NCBI GenBank assembly: GCA_035084275.1
Contig: CM068756.1
Coordinates: forward strand, 6,262,001-6,326,000
DNA from: Hydrolagus colliei
Lineage: Eukaryota
Length of the DNA: 64,000 nucleotides
Direction: 5' to 3'
The notes under the pieces are model-generated. The model had not been told where the DNA came from. It did no database searches and worked only from the letters and a program-made list of their open reading frames with translations. Positions 25,957 to 39,070 of the stretch are shown here, piece by piece (the stretch's first letter is position 1; each line of letters begins with the position of its first letter). The translations under genes were made by a program, and so were the position numbers.

Positions 25957-27468
25957 ATCCAGCAGCCGCTCTAAAGCTACCAGACTCCCCTCTCTGGTCA
26001 AGAGATGCTAATTCACGGGAGTAGGGTTTGGGAGGGCTGGGGTCTGTCTGGGTGTGGGTGAGTGAGCGAGCGAGTGCAAAAGACGTCAATGCTATCATTA
26101 TCCACCAGATCACCCATGCATTTAATGGTGGAAATCAAGAGACATTTGCACTCCCAAGGATCAGCGTGACATCACGAGTGAGCGAAACAGCCCCAAACCC
26201 TCAATGCTTGTCAACCGAGAGCGAAGGATCTAAAACTGAAATCACTCCACTCATTGAAGCCTTCACTCTCCCCCCGCCCCCCCCTCCCCCCCCCAAACCC
26301 ACCCAGACCCTACCTCACCTCTCTCCCTCCAATCCCCCCCCACACCTCTCTCCATTCTCCCCCCCCAAACCCCCCCCCCCCCCCCACATGTACCCACTTT
26401 TTTTTACCGTGGCCACTTAAAGATCACTGGCAACTTTTCTTAAAGCAATACATTCGAGTTCCTCTCACAGCCCTCTCCCCTGCCCACCCTGCACTGTACA
26501 AACGAGATCAAACTCCTGAGCCACATGTCCCTTCATCAGTAAAACAAAAGTAGCCTTTTGTTCTAATCCAACATCTCGAAGAGAGAGAGATAGAATATAG
26601 AGGGTGTTGGGGGTGGGAGGGGGGGGGGTGTAATGGGTGGGTGATCGATAAATATGTTGATTTGAGGCGAGATACATTTGCAGCTGTGAGAAGTGGGGCT
26701 GTCTGGCTGGTGGGTGAGAGAGGTCCCCCCCCCCCCCAAAAAAAAAGCTGCCGTACTCTTATTGTAACACGATGGCTGTAAACAGGGGGGGGGGGGGTGG
26801 GGGCGAGAGAGAAAGCCTTTGCTGTTTGCTTGCTTGCTTTGAAATTGGCAAAGTGTTCGCTTAGAGCGCAATCGGTTTGGAAACTGACAGCGTTACTTAT
26901 CTATGTGTGTGTGTGTGTGTGTCTTTCTCTGTCTGTGTGTGTGTCTTTCTCTGTCTGTCTGTGTGTGTGTGTGTTTCCCTCTATGTCTGTCTCTCGCGGA
27001 AACCACAAATTCTATCACACACGATCTCACCTGCGCAGAGAGGAGGAAAGTTTTGGGGAAAAGTGGATCGACAATATTTTTTGTTAAAAAAAACCCTTCA
27101 GGTTACAGCGAGAAACACAGAGAGAGAGAGAGACAGGGAGACAGTGGGGGGTGGGGGGGGGGGGGGGGGAGAGAGAGAGTGTGTGTAAAGAAGAGAGCAG
27201 AGAGCAGAGAGAGAGAGAGACAGAGAGTAAATCCCCCTTTTGTACTAACAACTCCTGAGACTAGCCTTGAAATGTAAAGCTCACAGCAAACAATTCCCCG
27301 TCTATTGCAAACACTTAGGTTTTTGTATGTGTGTTGTGTGTGTGTGTGTGTGTGTGAGGGTTAAAAATAAGAGATGGGAGGGCGAGGGGAGATGGGGATG
27401 GGGGAGTGAGTGAGTGATAGTGGGAAAGGAAGAAAAGTTTTGTTACGTTAAGAGTTTCTTTTTGTTAC

Positions 27469-27760
27469 CTTCAAAATTCATGCGTTTTTCTCCCCCCCTC
27501 CGGTGCCGGACTTCTGTCCCCTGTTTTTTGGAGGTGCCACAAGTTTCACAAAGACGCAATTGGGATCAGATTGGCCAGAGAGGATAACGAACGATTAGAG
27601 GCGAATGTTAAACACTACAGTGATGATGATGGTGGTGATGATGATGATGGTGGCGGTGAAGAAGATGATGATGATGTACAGTAGGGTCTCTCAGCCACAA
27701 TACTCTGGACTTGGGGGAGATTTACTAGGCGACGTCAGCGTTACGTTGCAACCCATGTCC
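27469..27760 (-). other. Candidate alternative first exon with upstream ORFs and a (CAT/CAC)n repeat
   Basis: Donor GAAG|gtaaca at 27468; ATG AAT TTT GAA G at 27481-27469; 21-aa ORF 27756-27691; CRE-like CGACGTCA at ~27730. The 5' boundary is uncertain. Confidence 0.5.
27620..27676. repeat. Imperfect (GAT/GGT)n trinucleotide repeat
   Basis: gtgatgatgatggtggtgatgatgatgatggtggcggtgaagaagatgatgatgatg. Confidence 0.9.
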
Positions 27761-27874
27761 TCTCTTGGAAATTAATTAAAAAACGTGGGACCGTTTGCGA
27801 ACGTGATCCGACAAATTTGCCCATAATTTTTTTTTTCGCGCCTGGTCTGTCTTTTCTTTAACGCCTTCGACAAG

Positions 27875-28215
27875 CGGGGGGGGGGGGGGGGGGGGTTGGA
27901 GTGAGTGTGGAGGGTGGGAGGGGAAAGGGATGGGGGGTGGTGGCTGGGGGGTGGGGGGGTTGGGCTCTCAGGCTAAACACTTCTATCCTCCCCCCCCCCC
28001 CCCACACCCACGCCTCCCCACCACCACCACCTCCTCCTCCTCTCCCACAACCATCCATTCCCCCCCCCCCCCCCCCCCCCCACGACCCCCTCCCTCTCTC
28101 CCTCCCTCTCTTCAAAGGGGGTGGTGGTGGGGGGGGGCGGGAGAGGGGGGTGGTGGGGGGGGGGGGCGGGAGAGGAGGTGGGGGGTGGGGGTCACACACA
28201 GAGGGTGGGTGTGGG
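27875..28215. repeat. G-run/C-run low-complexity block with G-quadruplex potential on both strands
   Basis: G-rich ~27875-27965, C-rich ~27990-28110, G-rich ~28115-28210; explains the spurious Pro/Gly-rich ORFs. Confidence 0.85.
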
Positions 28216-29114
28216 CGTTCCACACTTGAGTTGAAATTCTGTGCACTGTGTATCTATCTATCATTGCGCATTTGTACAGGACTAGCGATCATCCACACAC
28301 ACGCACACAGAGCGAGAGGGAGATGACAAATCACGTAGGACAGCCGCCACTATTAAGAGACATAACAGTATAAAGGCGAAACAATAAGCCGCTCAACAAC
28401 ACGGAGTAAAGCCGAGTAAACACCATCCCTTTCCTTCTACCACCCCCCCCCCCCCCCCCCCTCCTCTCTCTCTCTCTCCCTCCTCTGGGTATTTTTTTTA
28501 CACACACAACTTCTGCTTCGGCAAACGACTACTTACTTGAATGTGTGTGTGTGTGTTTTAAATTTTAATAAATGCAATAGTTTGGTTTGCACTTGCTTTA
28601 AGATACATACACCCCCCCTCCCCCACCCCCCCCCCCCCCCCACACACACACACACACATATATATACACACAGCAGGGGTCAATAATAAGTGTGGAAAGC
28701 GGCTTTGCATTCCTTAATATTCATAGTGTAATACACAAACACACACACAGACACACACCACGGATTGTACAGTACTGAGATGAGTGTTAATTCCCGTTGT
28801 TCCTGTGATGTGCACGTCTGCAACAGATGGGCGCGTTGTGTGAAGATGTTGACCTTTTATCATCCCTCTGCATAAAAAGGGCTCTTTTCCAACAAAAAAG
28901 GCGCTTGGTACTAGCGGGTGTGTATATCTCTGTGTGTGTGTGTGTCTGTGTGTGTGTCCCCACGTTGCCTTCGAGTCATCACAAATGCCATAGTCTTAGC
29001 GTTTGAAACGAGAACGAAACAAACCTCTTAACTATTCTTTACTCCCCCACCACCCCGTCCACTCCTCACACTTGCCTATTTATTTACGATAGATCAGTAA
29101 AGAAGGCGGGTTAC

Positions 29115-29330
29115 CTCGGTTGCGTTAATACGGTGTGAGCTGCAAAAACGATCGCTGTTAAGTATTGAACAGGTGTTTGTTTTTGCCTCCCCGTCCTGTG
29201 AGGTTTGTCTCTCTCAATCTCTCTGTGTCTCTCTGCCTTTGGTAATTCTCATCTCATTCACTCTCGCTCTCTCACCTCACTCACTCATTTCGCGCACGCA
29301 CACTCACTCACTCACTCACTCATAAAATGT
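29115..29330 (-). other. Candidate alternative non-coding first exon
   Basis: Donor CCGAG|gtaacc at 29114; CpG-rich body; 5' end unknown. Confidence 0.35.
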
Positions 29331-29612
29331 TTCCGACCGACAGTGATATGTATATTTCATACATTCATAAGTGCCACATAACGTTACTCAAAGGCTTATC
29401 ATTATGCGCGGCGTCTATTGAAAAGTGAGGGTCGATCAGAGCACAAAATGCAGGTCGTAACAGGCAATTGCTTGTCTCAAGTTTTGACACATGGCATATA
29501 CATATACACACACACACCATATAGCCTATATATATATATATACACACACACACCGTCCAACCTTCATCTGATTTGCAAAGAATCTAAAGTCACGTTAGGA
29601 ATCTGAACCCCA

Positions 29613-29812
29613 NNNNNNNNNNNNNNNNNNNNNNNNNNNNNNNNNNNNNNNNNNNNNNNNNNNNNNNNNNNNNNNNNNNNNNNNNNNNNNNNNNNNNNNN
29701 NNNNNNNNNNNNNNNNNNNNNNNNNNNNNNNNNNNNNNNNNNNNNNNNNNNNNNNNNNNNNNNNNNNNNNNNNNNNNNNNNNNNNNNNNNNNNNNNNNNN
29801 NNNNNNNNNNNN
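29613..29812. other. Assembly gap (200 N)
   Basis: Run of exactly 200 N followed by a G homopolymer. Confidence 0.99.
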
Positions 29813-30193
29813 TGGGGGGGGGGGGGGCGGGGGAGGATAGTGGGAATGAGGAGGAGGAGAGGTGAGGGGGGGGGGGGTGGTTACAATTATCAACATTACA
29901 ATTCTTCATCAGTTAAGTTCTACAGCGCCATTCAATGGCTTCTCGGCTGCTTTTATTATTTTCTGCTTTCCCCCTGACAGCCTGCATTGCAAACGTCACT
30001 GGCATGGATATTTAATTATACTGTATTTTTTTTTAATCACGGTGGAAAAAAAAAAGTAGGCCCCATTGCGCTGCATACAAAAGAAACAAAAAATTAGTAC
30101 AAACTGACTTTAAATCCCCCCTAGATTACGCGCAGGACATCCGCAAATCTCAACAGGGTCCGGCGCATCTCTCTCTCTCTCTCTCTTTCTTAC

Positions 30194-30300
30194 CTTAATT
30201 GTTTTTATAAAAACCAAAGCGTAGAAGAAACTCCTACACACGTAAATGAAGCGTTGTGTGTGTGTGTGTGTGTGTGTAAAAAAAGAATTGTGTTCAATGA
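30194..30300 (-). other. Candidate alternative non-coding first exon
   Basis: Strong donor TTAAG|gtaaga at 30193; 5' end unknown. Confidence 0.35.
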
Positions 30301-30863
30301 ATAATGAAGCATGTCCACATGATTGACTTGATCATTTTCCTGTGCTGAGGGGGGAAAAATAGTGACTGAAACATGTCACATTTGTCCTTTAAGGATTGCC
30401 CCTCCAACCGCATCAAACGCACCCCGAGAAAAGAGCGTTTTATTTAATCCGCCTCTTTCGGGATAAACGCGTTCATTGATACTGATCACACAACATCACA
30501 AGACATTCCGATCCTTTAGCTTTGACTCCCCCTATCTGGTAGGTGAAATGCATTGTACCATTAAAAAGCACTCCATTGTCGTCTTCGCATAATTCACAGC
30601 AACTAGATAGGTCTTGCGGCATTTAAGCTTTGATAAAGCCAAAGCTCAAAACCCTTGATAGAATAAACGTACAAAGAACGCTCTATGATCTACCATGTTT
30701 TCCCAACGTAGCGATTGCAAACATTAAATACGGGCGCAGCCCTGCCGCTGACCTTGAGTCCTGTAAACACACTTATTAAAATCTATGTCCTATCGTTCTT
30801 CCCTGTACCCACTCTGATTGTCAGACTTGTTATTCAGACATAACACATCTCGCCTTTGATTAC

Positions 30864-31140
30864 CTAGATTCCGAGCACCAGCTGAGCCATTTTCAGCGGA
30901 ATAGAAATTGATCTCCTTTTTTTAAAAAAAGAAAAAAAGAAAAAAAAAATCATCCCTAATAAACATTTTTAAGATATATTTTTTTAAAAACGGCGACTTA
31001 CCTTTTTTTTTCGGGGGGTGGGGGAGGGTGGGTGGGAGGGTGGGTGGAAAAAGACTATCAAAGTATTTTCTTGTCAAGAGTCTGAGGTTAAATCCTGTTG
31101 GACAGTGGGTCACAGCATCAGTCACAGCTCCGACGCTTAA
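30864..31140 (-). other. Candidate pair of 5' exons separated by an ~86-nt intron
   Basis: Consensus donor AAG|gtaagt at 31001; T-rich tract and AG at 30917-30916; short exon 30915-30864 carrying MAQLVLGI* and ending TAG|gtaatc. Confidence 0.35.
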
Positions 31141-32202
31141 GAGAAGTAATCAGCGGTAAAATGACGCTGATCTGCAATGTAACCTTGTCGCGTATTTAAT
31201 GTAAATAAGCCAGTTATTTTCGCAATCGCTTGCGTACAAACCAATAAAAATAGTCTTCAGAGGAGCTTTTTTTTTAGTACTAGAAACTGACATTACACAT
31301 ACCCCAACTGCTTTACGATCTAGTAACGTGGATCCAAACACAGAAAAGGGTTTAAATGAACATCAAAATAGAATTTTTCCTAATTAATCACGTAGCTAGC
31401 AAGGAAATTAGCATACTGTAATTAAACTTCCAGAGAGAGAGAGGGAGGGAGGGAGGGAGTTGGGGGGTGAAGAAACCGTCATGGTGGTTTGTATGCGGGA
31501 AAGGTTTCTGGATCATTTAGAAAAGATTCATCTCGATTTTCTCCCAGTAAAACTTCTTGGATCAACTTAAAGAGTCAGTTAATTGCTGGTTTACTTTCTG
31601 TCGGTGTTTGGTTGGGTGAATGATATGGAAGAAGCGAACAAACCGGCAGATTTCCTGGAGTCTGGGACCTGGTTGTGTTTCTATAGCGCTTGAATGTAAT
31701 AGCAAAAGGCTGAATAATGCAATTATGGATTCAGTGTCCCTTTAGTTGACAAAAAAAAGCTGGTGCTCAATAGAGGCTTTGTTGTGGGATATATAATGAT
31801 TGTGCTGTAATTATGGGAAAACGTTTAAGGATAATAAACGGAGAGAGGGTGGGTGGGGGGGGTGGGGGGATGGTTGGTGGGTGGGGGGGGGGGGGGGGGG
31901 GAAGAAAAAAAGTATCAAAATACCCGAATGGGCATATTGTTTTAAAGCGTGTGTGCTTGAATGTGACATTGGTAACACGCTAAGAACAAACAAGGCACGA
32001 TTTTGAAAGCTTGACAATGAATACAGACTCGTCTGATGCGCATGATTAAAGTCAACACAAGACAGATCATTCAAGACGTCGAATCGCACGGTGTCACCCG
32101 AGCGTTCTCGCAGGTAAAACCTGTTTCCATCTTTGAAATGACTTGCACACAAATTAAAAATCTGGATTGCAAATTGCTTTTCGCGTGTGTATGTATGTAT
32201 GT

Positions 32203-32234
<32 letters not shown>

Positions 32235-32663
32235 TTTGCCTCTCAGAACCCATAGGCATTTATAAATACTGCTGACGACGAACAAAACAATTAGGGACGG
32301 AACTAAATAAAAAGCTGCTAAATCGACACAAAATATTTCGGTCGAAACTTCTTCATATTTCGCGAGGTTTAAGAATGGGAAGCGCTAAAATGCGAGTTCT
32401 CCAGTCTGAACGTGACTGCCCCCCCCCCCCCCCCCCCCCCACCCACCGTAAAAAACAACAACTCCAGGCCCTCAGAATTATGCATTCAATTGCCTATTGT
32501 TTGTCAATTTGTTGATTTCCAGGCTGTGTGTATGTGTGTGTGTGTGTCTGTGTGTGTCTGTCTGTGTGTGTGTGTGAAAAAATACCTTGATGTGGATTGA
32601 GTGAAATGCAGTCTCGCAGGGTAAGACACTGGCAGTGAGTGTGGGTGTCGGTGTTTGTCAATA

Positions 32664-32740
32664 CCCCCCCCCCCCACACACACACACCAACGCACCCCCC
32701 CCCCCCCCACACACACACACCAACGCACCCCGCCCCCCCC
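32664..32740. repeat. Short tandem duplication of a C-run/(CA)n/caacgca unit
   Basis: (C)n acacacacacaccaacgca occurs twice in tandem. Confidence 0.8.
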
Positions 32741-35700
32741 AAACAAAGTTCCTTTCGAACTTAAAGAGGATTTAAAAGAGAATAAAGTCGCACAAGCATC
32801 CACACACGTCACATTCCACATTCCCAAAGCTTCGAGTTCAACAATTACACTTGTACAGCTTCAGCTTCCAGAACATGACTTTCCCCCCCCATCCCCCCCA
32901 CAACAACTTTATTATTTTTATTTTAAATACAAAGCCCCCACCTCCCCACCCCCCCCCCACCCCCATCTCAACAAGGAAATAAAAAGCCAACCACGACAGC
33001 AATTATCCGCGTAGACATCACATCAATAATATCATGACTCCTATTAGAATTATAGAAACAGTAGGGGGACCATCGGGGGCGTCCTTTCTTCCAATTCTTC
33101 ACGGCATCAACCGATTATTTTCTGTTTTCTTTGGAACTTTTTATTTTGTAAGTCAGGTTAGCGCCCCGGCCGATCCTTTAAGCAACTCACAAGCGTCCAC
33201 AAAAGAGACGGGGGGCTGGGAGGCAAGGCGAAAGGAAAGTGACCATATGGACACGAGCATGAAACAATACTGGGGGAAACACGAGGGCTGATTGTCAGCT
33301 GGAATGAATGGCGATTCTAACCTTTTTTTTTTGCATTGAAAGATACTTTTTCTTCCCCCCCCCCTCCACCCACACACACACACACACACACCCTCAAAAA
33401 ATGAATTGGCACAAGTGGGGTTAAAGTGTGCCCAGGATTGAATTCGTATCTCTTAAAAGATTCGCAATACACACACACACACAAACATATTCAAACCCCC
33501 ACCCACCCCTCCCCCAATTTTTTTTAATTCAATAGTGATAATGGACTACATCCACTGAGTGAGAAGAATTTAAATTGGTAATTTAAAATAATGTACGTCT
33601 GGGAAACACAGAAACCATAAATCACGTTGGCCATATTTCACAAATAAAGCGTTTAGCAAGGTGTGAAAGTGTAAATAACGGAAGGAATGAGCGAAGAAAA
33701 GTTGGCGATTTTTTCCTTGACCCTCACCCCCCCCAACCCCCACCCCCCCCCCCCTTCCAAGGTCAGAGATTGAGGTTCAACTTGAAACGCAACCCAGCGT
33801 TAAATTCTCTACAACAAAGTGGAACTGGATCAATTCAATCGCTGGTACAAAGGCAGACACCAACATCTCTGACACACTCGGGGTTGAAAGTTCGTTCGAC
33901 CAAAGGGACTGTTTAGTGCATTGAATTTCTTATCGTTATATTCACAAAATAAAACATCTTCAGATCGCAAGTGTCCCCCCCCCCCCAACTTAGTTTATAG
34001 TGCAGGTAACAGCTACTCAAACGTCACACAGAATTCTAGTTACCAAACACAAATCGGAAACTTTTGTACTGTGTAAAAGCCTCAAGTTCATAGCCACTCA
34101 GGTTTCGAATCTACACTTGATATGTTATTCCCCCCCCACGACTATTTTATTTATATATATATTCAGATTTGAGATGTGCTGGTCTGTTCGAATGGTGCGA
34201 AGCCAACAAGTTGCTCGTTAAATAACGATTGCAATCATGCAGAAATATTGCTCAACTGCACACCAATAATGGTTAAGATAACTGGGTGTCACTCCACAGA
34301 GAGGAAATCACTCACTGCTGGAATGTGCAACTGGGTTCCAACGGCTCCACCGACTGCACTTCAAATCACCGCTGTCTTTCGGAAAGTGCTATCATCTGGG
34401 TGTGGTGTTTGTTTCTCTCCCTCCCTCTCTCTCCCAAAAGCAACACCGGTGTGTGCAGATCTGCAGTAACAGGTCTCCACTGTCAGAAAGTTGCTCGATA
34501 ACTTTAAACTCGCTGATAACTGCGGAGTTAAATCAGCCTTTTCGACAACTGTGATTAACGCAAATGTGTTTTTAACCTGTAGAGATTGGCGGAGGGGGGG
34601 GGGGGGGGGGGGGGGGAACACATCCGGTGTAAACCCACGATACTAAATCGACTGAAGTCTACGATTTGTAGCTGATGCCAATAAATGTTACGGAAAAGCT
34701 CACGCTGATGACATTTTAAATCGAAGTAAGTGTGAAACTGTACTAACCCCAAGTCTTGCTCTCCCCCCCCCCCCCCCCCGGGCTGGTAGATGGAGAACGG
34801 GAGGATTGTGTTAACACTGTTCAGACCTGTTGACAGGGACATTGAGACACACTCTCACACAACACGAGCAAACAGTTTTACGTCGTTGCCACGAAATCAG
34901 TTGCTACTTTTGACTCCCCCCCCCCCTGCTTTCACACCTTGGTCAACCATTCTCTAGTTAAACTACAGTATAATGAGGCTAATGCTTCTCAGTCCACACA
35001 CACACACCATCTCATGCCCAGTTACACCGCGTAATATAGTTTGCACTGACACGGTATATACAAAATATCCTTCTCTTGTCCTCCCATAACATCAAACGTT
35101 ATCCTACGCACTCTTCCTTCCTACGCTCTTCCCCTATTTCAATGAAAATGTACCGCTCTGGTCTCTTGCTCAAACTCATTCTTGTCTGAGATCTCACGGT
35201 TGTCGGACTTTTTACCTTTCACCATCTCCCTTCACCCAAGCCACCCCTGAAGGCTTTCAGAGTCCAAGCTTCACATCCCCGACCACTCTGTGGTGAGTTA
35301 ACCCGGTTTCTCTGCTGCTCTTTTCGACTTGGTGTTAATGTTCAGTGTGAGGGCCTTGCTATTTTGTCCCTCAGCTCCCGAAATTAACGCAAATAATAAC
35401 TCCCCGTTAAATTTGCGTCTGATGCCGTTGGGCAAAAGTCCCCCGAAAGAAGTGATCCACGAGTAAGTGAACACGTGTCGGTCAATGAAACCGCACTTGC
35501 ACAGCTAACTCACCAAATTGGGGGCTGTTAAAAACCCATTGGGTTCAGCGATGCGGATTAGCGACACACACCTCGGCCGTAACTGCAGAAAGAAACGGGT
35601 TTGCCTCTGTATTTCATTGGGAAACCAGATTCCACAACCGCAGTGGAAGTCACAGCAATGGAGAATCTCTTTGAGCAATGTGTCACAGCGCACACATACA

Positions 35701-37207
35701 CATACATGGAGGTCTAGTACGGCTTTTACATGTGCACATTAGCATGCGGGTTGGGTACTCGGGTATAAGCAGAACGCTTATATTACAGGACATGTTCAGT
35801 GTCCACCGTGGAAGTGAGAATGAGACTGTAACATCTGCCACATTGGCTTCGGACGGTTGATCTCAGAACCAACGCCAACTCAGGAAAGTCATCTCAAGAC
35901 GACCCCCTACTTCCCACCAGCTGCAGTGACCCTGCAATTTGGTGGAAGAAAAAAACTTCTTAAAACTTTCAAACTGAAAAGGTTCCCACTGAACCAGTTA
36001 GAAGACTTCTGTTCACACTTTGAAGTGGTGCACGCGTTCTGCTTTGCCCAAGTATAGATCAGTCTGGAGCCCAACTGTCTTAACTCTGTTGGTCTGACCC
36101 AAGCAGCTCTAAAGCAGGTAATGGTTTGGCTCCAATGCAGGAATCACATGTACAATACCGTCCCAGGAATTGTATCATACAGGGAATGGAGAACTATTAC
36201 ACAACGAAACAAGTTATGCAGTTAAGACAATCTCCACTATCGAAGAGAGTGTCCAACAATACATTAACACTGCACATCTCTAGTCAATACATGTGTGTGT
36301 TTGTAATTATTGTAGTTTGCTGGATTTGTAGAATAATACAAAACAACTAATTGAATCATTTAAAATGTTATGTTCTGCAATGATTCGTTCTGAGATTCCA
36401 TTTTTCCTTGTAAAATGTGAGCTGTTCATCGGGTCTTCTGTATATGAGATGGCATAACCAGCTTGGCTAACAATTTGGATGGCTACTATTTCTTAAGGTC
36501 AAACCTTTGACTTTTCCACTACTACTGCTACTACCCTGTCCTATCAGGAAGACTTTCATTTGGTGCTGGTTGGATTGGGAGTTTCAACTGCGATGGAGCA
36601 TGCATTAACAGAAGATAATTAATTCAAAGCCCAGAATCATATGAATGTAAGCTGTTTAGGTTCCTAAATATAAACAGTTAAGTAGGTTATGTTTGCTTAG
36701 AAAAAGCAAGAGAAAATACCTGGTCTTTTGGCTGTTTGCAATTGTGAAAGTTAGGTCAGTAAACATTATTCGACAATATTAAGTCAGTGATAAGGTATAA
36801 TACTATATACAGTATAGTACTATTAAGTAACATATTTATTAGTTTTTTTTCCCAATGATTTAGGCAATGTTGTTCTACACTGTTAATGCATGCTGTGATA
36901 CTCTTAGTAAAGGTTACTACTGCTCTGTGTTTAACAGTAACTAACAATCTCCAAACAGCACTTGCTTCCAGCAGCCACACAGTTCTAACAATATGCTAAA
37001 ACATTTTGTTGTATTTTTAAACTGTATACATTTTCTGTATACCACAGAAACTATGCAACAAATTCTAAGGCTGCAATTCAATTCAGGATTCCACTGAAGT
37101 TCAGAAAACCCATTCCAGCTGTATGTTGTAGCTTGTAGAATTCCCCCCCCCAAATTACATATAATCTCATAACACATACAGCCTCCTCTTCACCACCCAA
37201 CAGTGGA

Positions 37208-37520
37208 GCTCCTGTAGCTCAGTGGTTAGAGCATTCGCCTTACCAGCGTGAGACCTGTGTTCGAATCCAGGCATATCAGGGCAAAACCGTGGGCAAGTTT
37301 CCTTACTCCACACACCTAATAATCCCTCCCCCCCAAAAAAAAAAAAAAAAATTGGTCATTTCAATCCATGACTGTTTGTGGCACATTGCTGTGCACAATT
37401 GGCTGCCACGTTTCACCTACAAATATATGGTCAATTCACTTTACACTATATTCTGTGAAGCGCTTTGAGACGTTGATAAGACATGAAAAGCGCTATATCA
37501 AATGCAAGGATTATTATTTT
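37208..37520 (+). mobile_element. Full-length tRNA-derived Deu-domain SINE (SINE2-1_CM-like)
   Basis: A-box tagctcagtggttagagc, B-box gttcgaatcc, Deu motif ttgctgtgcacaattggctgcc, L2-like tail gaagcgctttgagacg...aaatgcaaggattattat. Confidence 0.9.
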
Positions 37521-38974
37521 AGAACATTCTATATGTTTAACAGCTGGCTGCTTTCTTACCTGACATTCCAGACTGTTAGCGAATAGTATAATAAATGTGT
37601 CTGTATTACACCAAGATCTTCTAATGATTTTCTGTTACTTCTCATCAGGCAAAATACAATCCCGATGTCCTGGTCTGCAGATCTCCCTACACAAACCATA
37701 CCTTTTACCTACTGAAAACCTGATCACATAAAATTGTTGGACAGGAAGATTATATCTAAAACAATGTGAGATATTTTATTCCCCCTATTGCTTCAAATGA
37801 TTGGAGATTAAATTTATTCTATAAAGTAATTTATGATGGTGTGCCACAGGATGTGTGCTCCAGTTTCATGTAGGAAGTCCTGTATAACACCCATGGGCTA
37901 CACATTCACATTAAAGGGATGATTATACCAAAATTAGTTTTTTTACTAACCGTGCCAACAGAATACACAAGAAGGAACCTCCATGCCAGTGAACTTGTGG
38001 TTCATTTCAGTCCTAACTTTGATCTGATTGTCTGACATTGTTCCTATCACGTGTAATTCAGGCAGAACCTGCCTATCAAATCTGCTACACAGGACAATGA
38101 TTGGCCTATAAATACTGATATGGCTCACAAAAAGACCGTGCCTAGAAATAAATGTTTTATAAGAATTAATGATTATATTTAATTGTATGAAAATAATAGA
38201 TTTCAAAATCTTAATAAAATAATTTGGAATTTAGGAACTATTAAACCCACTAATATACACATTTTGACCCCTGTTGAAATTGAGTTCCCCAACAAAGGTT
38301 CACAGGAGCATTGCTCACATTTTAATTGATTGTATTGTTGGTGAAAATAACCCACTTCACATAACTAGAAAAAAAAAGCAAAGCTCTTCTCTAACATTAC
38401 CACAAATAAATGATAGCTGGTCCCAATCTGCTGGCACTATGTTGGGTATTTTGCCTGAGGACTTTGGATGACAGATATTCAGGTAACAAATTATAAAAAC
38501 ATTACAGAATAAAATTAGGCTTTGAACTTTCCATCTTTTTGCAGATGGTAGAATTTGATTACTGAATACAGCATTGGAAAGAGAGAACAAACCTAAATAA
38601 AATGTCACAGATATGGTAATAAAATATTGCAATTGTCTTGTTGCTGATAAACTGACCCTCATGCAGCAGAAACTGAGCCACAATAACTTTGCATTATTTG
38701 GTGATTGCCCTTCAATTAAACAAAAAAATTTCTAATGAGATTACTTTGGCAAGGTTAGATTTTCTTTTAATGTTAAATCATCATCAGTTAAATTCCCCAA
38801 TTCATTTTCTTTCAGTGGGCTGCTATTCATTTTTACACTGAATCAGTTCATTAACATCTTCTTTATAATGCTCGAAACATCAATGTGAATTGTATTTAAT
38901 CCCAAGAAAAAGAAAATGTGTAGTCAATCACTTTGAATTTGGGTGTTGGTCACAACCATCATTATTTGTGCACA

Positions 38975-39070
38975 AATAATAAGAAGCCTTGCGTTTGATA
39001 TAGTTTCACATCAGGAAGACATCTCATAGGATTTCTGTAAAGTGTGAAGACTGCCTTTTGTAGTCAAATG
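38975..39070 (-). mobile_element. SINE 3' tail
   Basis: aataataagaagccttgcgtttgatatag...gacatctca...ctgtaaagtg. Confidence 0.55.

Larger units (their letters stand above)
22950..35900. promoter_or_regulatory. CpG-enriched, transposon-poor multi-promoter region
   Basis: Visibly more CpG than the flanks, many G/C runs and (CA)n/(GA)n tracts, clustered donors, and no recognisable SINE/LINE between ~24.1 and ~35.1 kb. Confidence 0.7.

Noticed and set aside
27469-27481. MNFE start as TP63 (TA) or PAN2
   Set aside because: Only four residues match; none of the following sequence of either protein is present.
27858-28326. Pro-rich and Gly-rich ORFs (also 26028-26553, 32494-33014)
   Set aside because: Produced by G/C homopolymers and dinucleotide repeats, open on both strands, with no domain.
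29564-29909. ORFs spanning the N run
   Set aside because: Artefacts of the assembly gap.
22950-31140. BDNF-like multi-promoter locus
   Set aside because: No full NRSE and no recognisable BDNF exon sequence; ttcagcacc at ~23722-23730 (minus) lacks the GGACAG half-site.
37208-37275. tRNA gene (also 42401, 55768 and 9108 minus)
   Set aside because: A/B boxes run directly into a SINE body and tail; no complete cloverleaf.
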